From IMG/VR virus record IMGVR_UViG_3300020045_004774, positions 1 through 38,011 of that record: a stretch of 38,011 bases of DNA; one strand, 5' to 3'. The notes under the pieces are model-generated. The model saw nothing but the letters and a program-made list of their open reading frames with translations, was not told the DNA's origin and did not search any database. The translations under genes and the position numbers were made by a program. Source of the DNA: a virus. Its lineage: Duplodnaviria > Caudoviricetes. Below, in pieces: positions 8,377 through 18,370 of the stretch; position 1 is the stretch's first letter; every line of letters begins with the position of its first letter.

Positions 8377-11315
8377 TATTTCACTTTGAATGCGTTTGTA
8401 GTTGTTTTGTTCCCTTGTGTTCTTCGCTCAATTATTTCCATTGCATTTTGAGTAATTAACCCTAACTCAATGTTAGTTTCAGGCTTGTTTATGATTGCTT
8501 TTTCAATTGCATCTAACTTACCTTGTAACGCTAATAAATCATAAGAATTACCCGCAATATCTTGTTTAATATTTAACTTTGATTGAATAGCAGCATTGAC
8601 AATTTCATCAGTTGTGTGAATACCTACTTTTTCAAGTAAGTTCATTTTTTCACCTGTTAAAATACCTTCATCCCCTGCAACACGAATGATTCTATTATCG
8701 GGGTCGCTACCTAAATCAACGTTTGGATTCATTTCATCCCGAACACGTTTTTTAGTACCTTTCTTAAATCCACTTAACAACTTTGCCGCACCTTTGATAA
8801 TTGCTAATTCAGCCATTGATTTACCTGTTGCTTGTATTGCTCCATCTCCTTTTTCAATCTTTGCTTCAATTAAGTTATACAACATCTTTAATTCATCGTA
8901 TCTACGTTGCTTATCAACTTCTTTTTGCTTCTCAATCGTTGCTTGTTTTTGCGCTTCAATGCTTGCTTTAATAGAATTTTGTGCATCAATATTACCTGCG
9001 TTTGCTTGTGCTTGCAAATTATCTTGTTGCTTTTTTTCGGCTTCGATTTCCTTGTCTAAAAGGGCTTCTTTTTCATTTGATATTCTTTTCATTTCGTCAA
9101 AAATACCATTCAAATAAGATTTACGAAGGTCTGCCATTTCTTTTAAATGCGCCTTTTCTTTGTCCTTTTCTTCTTTGTCTTTGCGCTCTTGTTCTTGCTT
9201 TGTTTTTTCGTTATGGTCTTTTAACGCATCTTCAATTTGTTTGTTAGCATCCAATTCAAGTTTTACCTCTTCTTTTAATATTTCCTCACGTTTTTTCCCA
9301 GCATTAATTAAAATAATTTCCTCTTCTAGTTTTAAATCGGCTGTTCTTTGTAATTGGTTTTCTTGGTGCTTTTTAATCTCTTCTTGATAGCTTGCTTCAA
9401 TTGCCACTTTGTCGCCACCTTCTGCAATTAATTTATCTCTATTTGCATTTATAGCATCTAGTTCCGCTTGTCCTTCAGCTTGGTATTTTTCACGAAGTTT
9501 ACGTAATTCAATTTCAGTTTCTTCATTAAGGTATTGAAGTCTTAACTGTTTTTTAGTTTCAAGCAAGTTCCAAAGTTCTTTATAGTCGTAATCATTCCCT
9601 TTGTTGATATTTTCGATTTGCTTTTCAAGTTCTTTCTGCATAGCATCGTCAACCGCTTGAATATTTATTTCAAGTTTTTTAGAATCTCGTTCTTCTAATA
9701 GTTCGTTTTGCTTTGTTAAATATTCATCAACTTTTTCAAGTTGTGTAGCTAATTCTTTAGTGTTGTTGCTCCATGTTTTTGTTTTCCCACCATAACCATC
9801 TAACTTTAAATCTAACTCAGGCTTTAATAAATAATCAATTGTTTTGTTTAAATTATCAATTTGTCTTTTTGCACTATCAACGTTTTCACTTAAAATAGTG
9901 AACTGTGATTTTTGACCTGTTACAGATTTAGTTCCCATAGCTTGATCCCAAGCGTCTGCCATTTTATCTCCTAATCCTGTTAAAGCTCCTTCTCCTTCAA
10001 ACGCAATATTCATCATATCTGTTTGCGTCTTACTTATATATCTCTTTAAATCCTCAACTCGTTTAATGTATTTTTTTGCTGTTTCTTGGTTAATGTCGTC
10101 TTGAATGCGTTTTCTTGCAAGTTTTATGTAATTATCTTGTTCTGCATTTACATTACGTAAAAACAACTCTTCATCTTTCAAGTTTTTTAGAGTAGTGCCG
10201 TATTTATCATTGATTGCTTTGATGTAATACTCACGTTCTTTACTGCCTGCATTTGTTGCTTTTAATGCTTTAATTGCTTCTTGAAAAATTCTAATTTCTG
10301 TTTCTCCTTTGTCATTTGTTTCCTCTTTTATTTTGATTAATTCCTTTTGCGTTTCCGAAAGTTCTTTTGTTCCTGCAATCATTTCCACTATTTTAGAGCC
10401 ATAAACAGTTAGTAAAGTAACTCCAATAGAAAGAAGTGTTGATACGCTAAAAATAGAGCCTGCAAGCTGTTTAAAAAGTGATTGTGTTGGCTTCCCACTA
10501 GCCGCTAATTCTTTGTTTGCGTTCTTTATTTTTGTAATTTCATCGAAGAACATTGGTAAGTTGTTCGATATTGCCATAAATCCTGTTTGAACGCTATTAG
10601 CAAACGCTGGCATTTCTCGTGCTAACTGTGATATTGAAACATTTAATCCATTGTAACCATTTGCATAATTACCAACGTTTCTTGTCCATTTATTCATGCC
10701 GCCATCCACCTTTCTTAGTGCTTGGTCGTATTTTAACGTGAGTGTTTGCAGTCTTAATAGTCTATTTTCTTCCTTTTCGGTTAGCTTTAAACCCATTTCT
10801 TTTTTGATAGCCAAATCTTGGTATCTGCTAGAAAGTGAATTTAAAGCCTGTTGAGTTTTAGCGTAATTTGTACTTAATTTAGCCGCTCTTTCAGCTTCTG
10901 TTTTAGCAATTGCTTCCGTTTGCTGAATTTCTTTATTATACTGAGCTTCCCTTTTTGCGTGTGCTTTCTCTTCAATTGCTTGACGTTTTTGTACTTCTTT
11001 GGTAAATTGTTCGTATGCTTTAGCTTGGTCTAATTCGGCTTTGCGTAATTTCTCAGAAGTGGCAATTTTATCCTTCTCAATTTTATTCGCTTGTTCGGTT
11101 ACATTATTAAGTTCTTGCGATACCTTAATAATATCTTCAATGCCTTTTTTATTGTTCGTTGTGGCACTATTTAAAGTAGTTTTATAAGTAGTTGAAAGCT
11201 GAACTATTTTAGTGTCCATTACCTCCAATACCTTAATCATTTGATTCGCTTCGTTGATTGCTTCATCAAATAATTTGCCTTCGAATATGTCTTTTTTACT
11301 ATAAGTCTTTGCCAT
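8376..11315 (-). CDS. Tail tape measure protein
   Basis: 979 aa, long coiled coil with a hydrophobic segment (AREMPAFA..GFMAISNNLP...LLSIGVTLLTVYG); position after the major tail gene. Confidence 0.85.
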   Translation of the reverse strand: MAKTYSKKDIFEGKLFDEAINEANQMIKVLEVMDTKIVQLSTTYKTTLNSATTNNKKGIEDIIKVSQELNNVTEQANKIEKDKIATSEKLRKAELDQAKAYEQFTKEVQKRQAIEEKAHAKREAQYNKEIQQTEAIAKTEAERAAKLSTNYAKTQQALNSLSSRYQDLAIKKEMGLKLTEKEENRLLRLQTLTLKYDQALRKVDGGMNKWTRNVGNYANGYNGLNVSISQLAREMPAFANSVQTGFMAISNNLPMFFDEITKIKNANKELAASGKPTQSLFKQLAGSIFSVSTLLSIGVTLLTVYGSKIVEMIAGTKELSETQKELIKIKEETNDKGETEIRIFQEAIKALKATNAGSKEREYYIKAINDKYGTTLKNLKDEELFLRNVNAEQDNYIKLARKRIQDDINQETAKKYIKRVEDLKRYISKTQTDMMNIAFEGEGALTGLGDKMADAWDQAMGTKSVTGQKSQFTILSENVDSAKRQIDNLNKTIDYLLKPELDLKLDGYGGKTKTWSNNTKELATQLEKVDEYLTKQNELLEERDSKKLEINIQAVDDAMQKELEKQIENINKGNDYDYKELWNLLETKKQLRLQYLNEETEIELRKLREKYQAEGQAELDAINANRDKLIAEGGDKVAIEASYQEEIKKHQENQLQRTADLKLEEEIILINAGKKREEILKEEVKLELDANKQIEDALKDHNEKTKQEQERKDKEEKDKEKAHLKEMADLRKSYLNGIFDEMKRISNEKEALLDKEIEAEKKQQDNLQAQANAGNIDAQNSIKASIEAQKQATIEKQKEVDKQRRYDELKMLYNLIEAKIEKGDGAIQATGKSMAELAIIKGAAKLLSGFKKGTKKRVRDEMNPNVDLGSDPDNRIIRVAGDEGILTGEKMNLLEKVGIHTTDEIVNAAIQSKLNIKQDIAGNSYDLLALQGKLDAIEKAIINKPETNIELGLITQNAMEIIERRTQGNKTTTNAFKVK

Positions 11316-11779
11316 TATTTTGAGTTTTGTTTTTTAAGTTTTTCAATTAGTTTAAAGTATTCGATTGTTTTTGTCGTTAAAGGGTCAATTCGATAACCTT
11401 GCATTTTACCAAGATGTTGCAGGATTTCGTACCTATCTGAAGCACCAAAAGAAAGTGTTTTTTCATAAGCTGTAATACGTGCTGAAATCTCACGAATCCC
11501 ATTCATTAAGAATCTGTTTCGTTTACCATCTTTAATTCCTTCGACAAATTCTAACTGTTTTAACGCTCTTGCTTTTAATAATTCAATGTACCGGACAAAA
11601 CTTTCATCTAATCCAATAAGATTAATAAAGTCATTGTATAATGTTTCCCACGCTTTTTTATCTTCTGCTTTAGTGCCAAATTCAACATTCAAACGCGTAA
11701 ATTCATAGTTACCGTCCGAACATTCAAACCAATTCTCTAAAGGCAGTTGTTTAATCGACTTGTAATAATTCTCTGACAT
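11315..11779 (-). CDS. Putative tail assembly chaperone
   Basis: Helical protein directly upstream of the tape measure gene. Confidence 0.45.
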   Translation of the reverse strand: MSENYYKSIKQLPLENWFECSDGNYEFTRLNVEFGTKAEDKKAWETLYNDFINLIGLDESFVRYIELLKARALKQLEFVEGIKDGKRNRFLMNGIREISARITAYEKTLSFGASDRYEILQHLGKMQGYRIDPLTTKTIEYFKLIEKLKKQNSK

Positions 11780-12197
11780 AATCTATAAATTTATCTTTTA
11801 ACATTTCTTTCACTATTGTTAAATTGTCGGGCGTTAATCCAATAATTCCATCCCCATACTTCTGAAACAAATTAGTATTATCTTTTTGACCGTTTGCATT
11901 GGTCGTAAAGAAGTCGTTTCCTACTTGAATCGCTAACGAGTTAATAAACGCACTTGTATCGTTTAATGTGTATGGCGTACCTGCTTTTTTACGTGAATCC
12001 AATTCTTCAGTTTTACGTGAATAAACACCTATAACATCGCCTTGGTCGTTAATCCCTTTTTTATCGAGCTGTTCAATAACGATTAATTTCCAAATTTCAT
12101 CCTCTAAATCTGCATCAAACGCCTTTATCCACGCATCAACTTCATTCAATTTCTGAAAGCGTTCAACAAATTCATAAAATGGAGTTCTATTTAACAT
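11751..12197 (-). CDS. Putative neck/tail completion protein
   Basis: YS..T....KK.G...TL.DT..F motif typical of virion morphogenesis proteins. Confidence 0.5.
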   Translation of the reverse strand: MLNRTPFYEFVERFQKLNEVDAWIKAFDADLEDEIWKLIVIEQLDKKGINDQGDVIGVYSRKTEELDSRKKAGTPYTLNDTSAFINSLAIQVGNDFFTTNANGQKDNTNLFQKYGDGIIGLTPDNLTIVKEMLKDKFIDYVRELLQVD

Positions 12198-12202
12198 AAT
12201 AT

Positions 12203-12210
12203 CAAAGGTA
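12203..12210 (-). promoter_or_regulatory. -7 promoter element TACCTTTG
   Basis: Matches TAnnTTTG, just downstream of a terminator and just upstream of the ATG at 12197. Confidence 0.45.
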
Positions 12211-12212
12211 AT

Positions 12213-12243
12213 AAAAAAACCCCCACCGTTTAAGTGAGGGTTA
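12213..12243 (-). terminator. Intrinsic terminator
   Basis: AACCCTCAC-loop-GTGGGGGTT followed by a T-run. Confidence 0.8.
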
Positions 12244-12247
12244 ATTT

Positions 12248-12403
12248 TTACTTTTTAGTGGTTTTTTTCTTGCCGACTTGCTTGTGAATTTCCTTTAAAA
12301 TCTCTATTCGAGTGTTCGGGAAATCTTCTTTCAGTTGGTCAAGTGTTTTACCTTGTACGGCTTCAATACTATATTCACCGTAGCCAACTTTTATAAAGCC
12401 CAT
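12248..12403 (-). CDS. Small hypothetical protein (51 aa) after the major tail gene
   Basis: Manual translation MGFIKVGYGEYSIEAVQGK...KKTTKK*. Confidence 0.65.
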   Translation of the reverse strand: MGFIKVGYGEYSIEAVQGKTLDQLKEDFPNTRIEILKEIHKQVGKKKTTKK

Positions 12404-12405
12404 GA

Positions 12406-13323
12406 TTAAGCAGGTTGAGCAAACATTACAGCACCTTCAAATCCTGAGTTGGTATTCAATTTTATCTCCACCTTGTCAGCTGTTGTTTGAGAAGGTAAAG
12501 TGAATAAATACTTAACATCAGGAGTTTCAACAACTGAAACTAAAGAAATAGACAAACCTGTTGTTTTATTTGTACATACAAAGTCAGCAGAAACTAACCC
12601 ATCAATGTTTTGCGCTTCAGGATTTCCAAAGCCGTAATCAGTTGATAAAGCATAAGCAACAGTTGTGTTTGTTCCGCCATCAGCAGGGGCATCAACCTGT
12701 GTAAAATTAACATCAATCAAACCTTTAATGTCGTTGTAAGTGATGCCTAATTGCGACCAAGGAACTAACCACAATTCACCAATGTTTGTTTCTTGTGAAT
12801 AATCAAAAGACAACATTAATTTACTTGGGTCGGCATCCGTAGCATCAGCATAAGTTGGCGCATACGCTTTAATTTTGATTGGAACTAAAACATCTACTTG
12901 TTTCAATCCAACAACCCCATCAGCGTTAAAGATGTACGTTGAATTTTGGTTACATTCACCATTTTTCAATTTTGCTACATAAGCAGGACTAACCTCCCAT
13001 TTTTCAGCCATGAATCGGTAAACAACATCACGAACTTTCACTTTACCACCAGCCGAATCAGTTGCGTATTGCTCCGCTTCATTCGGACGTGTTACGTTGC
13101 GTAGTTCTGTGATAGGGTAAACTCTTTGTGTTCTATCAGCATTAAAGAATAAATCACCAAAAGAGACAACCCCCGTTGTTAATGGAATACTATTCAAAGT
13201 TCCATCACTTTGAAATGTGGAAACAATTCCAAGCCCTAGAGCCTTTTTAATTTGTTGTACGCAATTTGGTAGTCCTGTATTACCATGAACATCACCACAA
13301 GTACAACCTACTACATTTGACAT
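12406..13323 (-). CDS. Major tail (tube) protein
   Basis: 305 aa; N-terminal C.C...NTGLPNC; position; terminator shortly downstream. Confidence 0.7.
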   Translation of the reverse strand: MSNVVGCTCGDVHGNTGLPNCVQQIKKALGLGIVSTFQSDGTLNSIPLTTGVVSFGDLFFNADRTQRVYPITELRNVTRPNEAEQYATDSAGGKVKVRDVVYRFMAEKWEVSPAYVAKLKNGECNQNSTYIFNADGVVGLKQVDVLVPIKIKAYAPTYADATDADPSKLMLSFDYSQETNIGELWLVPWSQLGITYNDIKGLIDVNFTQVDAPADGGTNTTVAYALSTDYGFGNPEAQNIDGLVSADFVCTNKTTGLSISLVSVVETPDVKYLFTLPSQTTADKVEIKLNTNSGFEGAVMFAQPA

Positions 13324-13341
13324 AATTTTATAGTTTTAAAT

Positions 13342-14037
13342 TTAACAATTACAATTTCCTTTCAGAATTTCCAAACTGAATGACATTGATAATCCTGAAA
13401 GTTGACTATCAATTATTTGTTTAATCATTCCGTTTGTGTTTTCACTCCCAAAAATGGAGTAATCACGTGTTTTGTACGACTCTAAGCGATTAAAGAACTT
13501 GACGTTACTATCTATTGCTCGCTGAATTTCTTTTGCCAGTTGTAGCATTGGAAATACATTTTTTTGGCGTAAATCTTCTGTTACATCATGCGATAAGTCA
13601 GCAGAACACAATATGAATAGCGTAATTTCAGCAGTTCTTTCAACGTCATTTTTCAAGCTAAATGTTTCATCAATTGGATTGAGCAGCCAAACAGCGGGTA
13701 ATTTATCCCTTTCATCGCTTGAAATCTGCGACCATTCAGAATTTAATGCTCTTGGTGTTCCTCTGTGATAAAATGGTATAGCGATGTTTAATATTGAATT
13801 TCTTTCAATTGGAGTTGTAGTTAAAATAACCACGTTTTCCCCATCGTTTGAAAAGATTTCAATTTCTGTGTCGCCAAAGAAAATAGAATCAAATAAACGC
13901 AAATACTTTTGATTGCAGAAAGTTAATGTTTGTTTACCATCCACAACTGCAGAAGCTGTTTTAACACGAATTTTTGTGTCAATCTTTGCGATTATCTCGT
14001 TTTCAACTATTTTATCAATATCCAACATCAGAACCAA
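13342..14037 (-). CDS. Tail terminator/completion protein
   Basis: Lies between connector and major tail genes; KLPAVWL motif. Confidence 0.5.
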   Translation of the reverse strand: MVLMLDIDKIVENEIIAKIDTKIRVKTASAVVDGKQTLTFCNQKYLRLFDSIFFGDTEIEIFSNDGENVVILTTTPIERNSILNIAIPFYHRGTPRALNSEWSQISSDERDKLPAVWLLNPIDETFSLKNDVERTAEITLFILCSADLSHDVTEDLRQKNVFPMLQLAKEIQRAIDSNVKFFNRLESYKTRDYSIFGSENTNGMIKQIIDSQLSGLSMSFSLEILKGNCNC

Positions 14038-14525
14038 TTCATTAATAATTTAGATTGTCCTTTAAACTCAGGATAAACATCTAAATTGTCGTTAATATAC
14101 GCTTGAATGGCTCTATACGTCTTTACCGCATCGTTATAACGCTTTTCGTTATTCGCTTTCAAAGAACTCGCACTTTTTGAGTTTTCGCTTTCGTTTTCTC
14201 TTTGTCCATCTAAAACAACTGCTACTGAATGAGTGGCGAACCATTCGAAATAAACAAAGCCTAAAAGCATTTCTTTAACACCTTTCGATTGCCAAATACG
14301 ATCGCAATCATCTTGGTAATTAAAAGGCTCAAACAACTTTTTATAAATAGGGTCTAAATCTTCAGCACCTTGCAAAACAATGTCTTTAAACTCAACTCCG
14401 AAAAGTTGCATTAAAGCTAAATCTTCAACACTATCAATGCACGCTTGAACATCTGCTTCATTATGCTTATTGATGTTGATTTTATATTGTCCGACTTTAT
14501 AGTCGTTTGGTGCTGTGATTGCCAT
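14028..14525 (-). CDS. Head-tail connector (adaptor) protein
   Basis: Helical 165-aa protein downstream of the capsid gene. Confidence 0.6.
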   Translation of the reverse strand: MAITAPNDYKVGQYKININKHNEADVQACIDSVEDLALMQLFGVEFKDIVLQGAEDLDPIYKKLFEPFNYQDDCDRIWQSKGVKEMLLGFVYFEWFATHSVAVVLDGQRENESENSKSASSLKANNEKRYNDAVKTYRAIQAYINDNLDVYPEFKGQSKLLMNWF

Positions 14526-14527
14526 AT

Positions 14528-14704
14528 TTATTCTTCAGTTTGTTTGTCTTCTTTTTTCGTTGCTTTCTTTGGCTTTCCGTCTGCATATTCAGCAGCACCC
14601 TTGTTAACCAAAATTTCTGCCATTTCAGAAGTTACTTCTCTTTCAACTCCTTTTTTGTGGAATGACTTACTTTTACCTGTTGATACAATTAGAACTTTTT
14701 CCAT
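14528..14704 (-). CDS. Small protein after the capsid gene (58 aa)
   Basis: Manual translation MEKVLIVSTGK...EVTSEMAEILVNKGAAEY...*. Confidence 0.65.
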   Translation of the reverse strand: MEKVLIVSTGKSKSFHKKGVEREVTSEMAEILVNKGAAEYADGKPKKATKKEDKQTEE

Positions 14705-14722
14705 TTTGTTTAGTTTTAAATT

Positions 14723-14749
14723 AAGCCCCTAATCAATCGAAAAGGGGCT
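14723..14749 (-). terminator. Stem-loop after the capsid gene (weak terminator or stabiliser)
   Basis: AGCCCCT/AGGGGCT stem with a poor T-tract. Confidence 0.5.
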
Positions 14750-14758
14750 GTAAATTAA

Positions 14759-16033
14759 TTAGATTTCAATCGCTGTTTTGATTGTAGCGATTTCGTCATA
14801 AATAAACGCTTGTTCGTCTAATTTCTTAACAAAAGCATGGAAACGAGATTCACCCAAAATAACGAATTGATTTTTGATAAAGTCATCATTTACCCATCCA
14901 ATTTTAACGTTATAACCTACATAGTTTGTAGTGTTGTATTTAGATAAATCGGCAACAAAGATATAACCAGCCGCAATATCTTCGTGTGGCATGATTGTAA
15001 CACCTCCAATAGTAACTTGGTTAAATAACGATGCACTTGGATATAACGGCTCACCATTTGTTGTTTTAGCCGAAACTAAATTAATAAAGAAGTCGTTAGG
15101 GTTAATCAATACGATATTTGCCATGTACGGCATTTCATCTGTAAAGTTATGTGTTGTATAGATGTCAGTAATACAAGCGTTTACAACGTCCATAAAATTA
15201 ACATTCGCAACAGAGTTAGCCAATGCACCAGCAGAGAATGCACGTCCGTAAGTAGTTGCACCTTTAGGATTTGGAGAAACTCCATCGCCATTTAAGATGC
15301 CTTTTTCACGTTTTAAATCGTGTTGTTGACGTAAGAAATCGTATGCAATTGCCTGTAATTGTGGAATATCTGTAACAGCTTCCTCAGTTAATTTCATCCA
15401 AGCCGCAACTTTCACAGGTGAAGCATAACGAGTTTCGAACTTCATATCAATTTGAGGTTTTGAACCTTTTTCTGCTACGAAATCAAAACCACCTTCTTTT
15501 GGCAATGTTTCAGTATATGCGTAACTTGCTTGTGTTGTTGGGATAGTTGTTACCATTGCGTTGATAACAGCACTACGCAAATTAGCACGGCTTGGTGGGG
15601 CAACTTGTACACCTTGCAATGCAGGAGCCGCAACAGGTAATGTAGCACTTGCAACTTCAACTGTTCCAACAGCTTTAGTTACGTCCATTTCAACAGCGCC
15701 ACCGCTTTTAAACGCTTGTTTGATTTTGTCAGCGTTTTCCTCAACAAATTTGTAAATCACTTCTTTAAACGATGTTACTTTGTTTGTGTCGCCTTCAGTC
15801 AATTTTTTCATTAAGATTGTAGCGTTTTCCAATTCCTTAATGATTGCATTTTGCTTGTTAGTCAATGCTTCAATTTCCGCTTTTGTTGCGTTGTTTTTGT
15901 TAGCTTCTTCGATAGCCTTATCAATTTCTTGTTTTCTTTGGTCGGCTTCGTGAGCGTTTTTTTGCGTTGTATAAGCTTCGTACTCAGTAGCACTCATTTT
16001 ATCAACTTCTTCTTGTGATTTGTAAGTAAACAT
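14759..16033 (-). CDS. Major capsid protein (HK97 fold, N-terminal delta domain)
   Basis: N-terminal coiled coil; FVAEKGSKP, KVAAWMKLTEE, ILNGDG...PKG, DDFIKNQFVILGESR. Confidence 0.92.
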   Translation of the reverse strand: MFTYKSQEEVDKMSATEYEAYTTQKNAHEADQRKQEIDKAIEEANKNNATKAEIEALTNKQNAIIKELENATILMKKLTEGDTNKVTSFKEVIYKFVEENADKIKQAFKSGGAVEMDVTKAVGTVEVASATLPVAAPALQGVQVAPPSRANLRSAVINAMVTTIPTTQASYAYTETLPKEGGFDFVAEKGSKPQIDMKFETRYASPVKVAAWMKLTEEAVTDIPQLQAIAYDFLRQQHDLKREKGILNGDGVSPNPKGATTYGRAFSAGALANSVANVNFMDVVNACITDIYTTHNFTDEMPYMANIVLINPNDFFINLVSAKTTNGEPLYPSASLFNQVTIGGVTIMPHEDIAAGYIFVADLSKYNTTNYVGYNVKIGWVNDDFIKNQFVILGESRFHAFVKKLDEQAFIYDEIATIKTAIEI

Positions 16034-16060
16034 TTTCTTTTAGTTTTTACTTGTTAATAA

Positions 16061-16897
16061 TTAAATTGTTCTTCTTCGTTTTTGAGTGTTTTCCAACGGC
16101 TCTTGTTTTGAAGTGCTCGAAGCGGCTTCAATATCTTTGTTAGCAGTATCTGAAATAACACCTGTCACATGATTACTTCCAAATAATACCAAACTACTTT
16201 CTTTTACATTTTTAGCTTCTTTGACAATAAAGAAATGTGAGATATACTCAAAATCGTTCTTGTTAGCTATTTTATTGATATAATCGTTATAATTCTTTTT
16301 TTCAGTTGCATCTTGTGGGTTTTCTGAATCCATTGCCAAGAGAATAGTAACGTATTGCATTCTAACTGAACACTCTAAAGAATCGCCACTTTCTAGCCAT
16401 TCTTTAACTGTTTTGTGTATAATTCTGTCTTTACGAACTTTATACACAAGTAATTCAGTTTCCCCCTTATAATCTTTTCCAATTACTGAAAATGGCACTT
16501 TAATTATAAGAATTTCAATGTGTTCTTTTTTAGCAACTACTTTATCAATGTCTAAATCATGGTCGCAAATCAAATAGTTTTTACCTTGAATTTGTTTTAC
16601 TGATTGATTCCAAACACCGTTATCATGCAAATCTTCATGTGAATCTAAAATCAAAGTTGAATTAACAGCGAAGTAGTAGTAATCACTATCAAAATTAATT
16701 GCTTTCTCAGTTTCTGCAAATTTTTGTAAATCCAAATTCTTTAACAAAACAGATTGACCTTTATCACAAGATTTTAGAATTACTGATTTTTTAGCGTCAA
16801 TAATGATTTCTTTATTTTTACGCAATTCATCAAACAACATTTCCTTAGTAGAAAATTCTTTATTTGGTATTGCGTGCGACTTAAATATTTCTCCCAT
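16061..16897 (-). CDS. Prohead maturation protease (HK97-like)
   Basis: DSH.D, DHD, CSVRMQY and KESSLVLFGSN motifs; directly upstream of the capsid gene. Confidence 0.75.
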   Translation of the reverse strand: MGEIFKSHAIPNKEFSTKEMLFDELRKNKEIIIDAKKSVILKSCDKGQSVLLKNLDLQKFAETEKAINFDSDYYYFAVNSTLILDSHEDLHDNGVWNQSVKQIQGKNYLICDHDLDIDKVVAKKEHIEILIIKVPFSVIGKDYKGETELLVYKVRKDRIIHKTVKEWLESGDSLECSVRMQYVTILLAMDSENPQDATEKKNYNDYINKIANKNDFEYISHFFIVKEAKNVKESSLVLFGSNHVTGVISDTANKDIEAASSTSKQEPLENTQKRRRTI

Positions 16898-16998
16898 TAT
16901 TTTAAAATTTCGTTTCCGCTGTTTTTATCCTTTAAACTTTTGATTAATTCATCTTTAGTTTTAGGCTTAATAACTTGTTTCTCTTGGTCTTTTTTCAT
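16897..16998 (-). CDS. Small basic protein (33 aa) coupled to the protease gene
   Basis: MKKDQEKQVIKPKTK...ILK*; TAATG stop/start overlap. Confidence 0.5.
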   Translation of the reverse strand: MKKDQEKQVIKPKTKDELIKSLKDKNSGNEILK

Positions 16999-17020
16999 GT
17001 TATGTTAAATAGACTTTTGA

Positions 17021-17057
17021 CAAATGTACAATATTATGTTAAATACAATTATATTTG
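17021..17057. promoter_or_regulatory. Divergent promoters for the head operon (-) and the portal (+)
   Basis: TACATTTG on minus at 17021..17028; TATATTTG on plus at 17050..17057. Confidence 0.65.
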
Positions 17058-17076
17058 TTGTAAAAAATTATATAAA

Positions 17077-18321
17077 ATGACAAATCCATTTTTTTCAATT
17101 ACCAATTTAGGTAATTCTTTTCGTGGCTTATTTCAAGGCACAGACCGATTTACAAGGGGGTTAAATATTGGTAATGATTATTATGACTTTGTTGGAAATT
17201 ACAATACGCCACAAGAAGTATATGAAACAATTTCTAACAATGAAATGAGATTGTTTAAAACTACTCCCGAAATCTATATCCCAATAATGAAGAAAGCAAC
17301 AATGTTTTCGAACGGTATTTTTCGGGTTAAAGATTATAAAACGAATGAAGTAATTGAAAACCACCCTTTGATTAAGGCACTCGAAAAACCTACGTTAACA
17401 ATGAATCGAAATGAATGGATGATTGCAAACTGCGTTAATCTCCATATCTACGGAAACAGTTACCTATACAAAAACCAACCTTCACCATTTACTAATCCTT
17501 TTAATGTGTTGTTCCCAATTTTACCTAATAGTGAAATGGTAATAAGCACAACAGGTAAAAGTTATAAAATGAGTACAAAGGATGAAATTATCAAAGGTTA
17601 CTCATTAAAAAACAATGGCGACAAATTTACGGTTGACGAAATAATCCACATGAAAGGATATAGCGAAGATGGTATTAAAGGAATGTCGGTACTTGAATCG
17701 CTTCAAATGCCTATTTCAAATGCTCGGGCTGGTTATGGCTTTAATAACGTCAATTTAGCTAAAAAAGGTGCTTTGGGTATTATTACGCCAAAAGGTGGCG
17801 ATGCAATTGGCGTTAGAAATCTTGATGAAGATGTACAAATTGATTTAGAAAGACAATTTACAGAAACGCATGGAATTTTTGACAATCAAACGCCTATTAA
17901 ATTCTCAAAACAACCTGTTGAATATCAAGATTTGAATTATCCGATTAAAGACCAAATGATATTTGAAACAATTAACCACACAATGCAAAAAGTAATTGAT
18001 GCAATTGGATTAAATGAAAATATCTTTTCTCGAGATAAACAAAGCACATTCACAAATATGAATGAAGGTCTTAAAATGGCTTACCAAGATTCAATTATTC
18101 CATTCGCTGAATTATTCTGTTTTGCTTTAAATGATTCGTTAGGGTTGTTTGATATGGGTATTTACATCGAACTTGACTATTCACATATTCCAGCATTGCA
18201 AGAAAACCAAAAAGACGTTGCGCAAAACGCTAAAATGAAAGCCGAAGCAATTCAAGGACTTGTTTCGTTGGGTTACACAACACAACAAGCTGAACAACTT
18301 TTAAATATTACACAAGAATAA
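17077..18321 (+). CDS. Portal protein (HK97 family), inverted relative to the rest of the genome
   Basis: HPLIKALEKP, NLHIYGNSY, DEIIHMK, GIKGMS.LE and AYQDSIIP motifs; start moved to ATG at 17077. Confidence 0.92.
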   Translation: MTNPFFSITNLGNSFRGLFQGTDRFTRGLNIGNDYYDFVGNYNTPQEVYETISNNEMRLFKTTPEIYIPIMKKATMFSNGIFRVKDYKTNEVIENHPLIKALEKPTLTMNRNEWMIANCVNLHIYGNSYLYKNQPSPFTNPFNVLFPILPNSEMVISTTGKSYKMSTKDEIIKGYSLKNNGDKFTVDEIIHMKGYSEDGIKGMSVLESLQMPISNARAGYGFNNVNLAKKGALGIITPKGGDAIGVRNLDEDVQIDLERQFTETHGIFDNQTPIKFSKQPVEYQDLNYPIKDQMIFETINHTMQKVIDAIGLNENIFSRDKQSTFTNMNEGLKMAYQDSIIPFAELFCFALNDSLGLFDMGIYIELDYSHIPALQENQKDVAQNAKMKAEAIQGLVSLGYTTQQAEQLLNITQE

Positions 18322-18343
18322 AAACGCAATAATTTGCCTTTTT

Positions 18344-18370
18344 AACCCACTTTAATCGGTGGGTTTTTTT
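18344..18370 (+). terminator. Intrinsic terminator for the portal gene
   Basis: AACCCAC-loop-GTGGGTT followed by a T-run, between convergent portal and terL. Confidence 0.8.

Noticed and set aside
11315-12403. Programmed frameshift in the tail assembly chaperone genes
   Set aside because: No convincing slippery site links the ORFs, and a terminator plus promoter separate the 51-aa ORF from the next gene
954-15755. Numerous short plus-strand ORFs antisense to the structural genes (e.g. 2022, 3857, 8686, 14445, 15561)
   Set aside because: They have the S/F/L-rich composition of antisense shadows of well-supported minus-strand genes
16975-17076. N-terminal extension of the portal ORF from a TTG start
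   Set aside because: It overlaps the divergent promoters and a minus-strand small ORF; ATG 17077 has a typical A-rich context
17161-17364. Minus-strand 67-aa ORF within the portal gene
   Set aside because: Shadow ORF with no recognisable features
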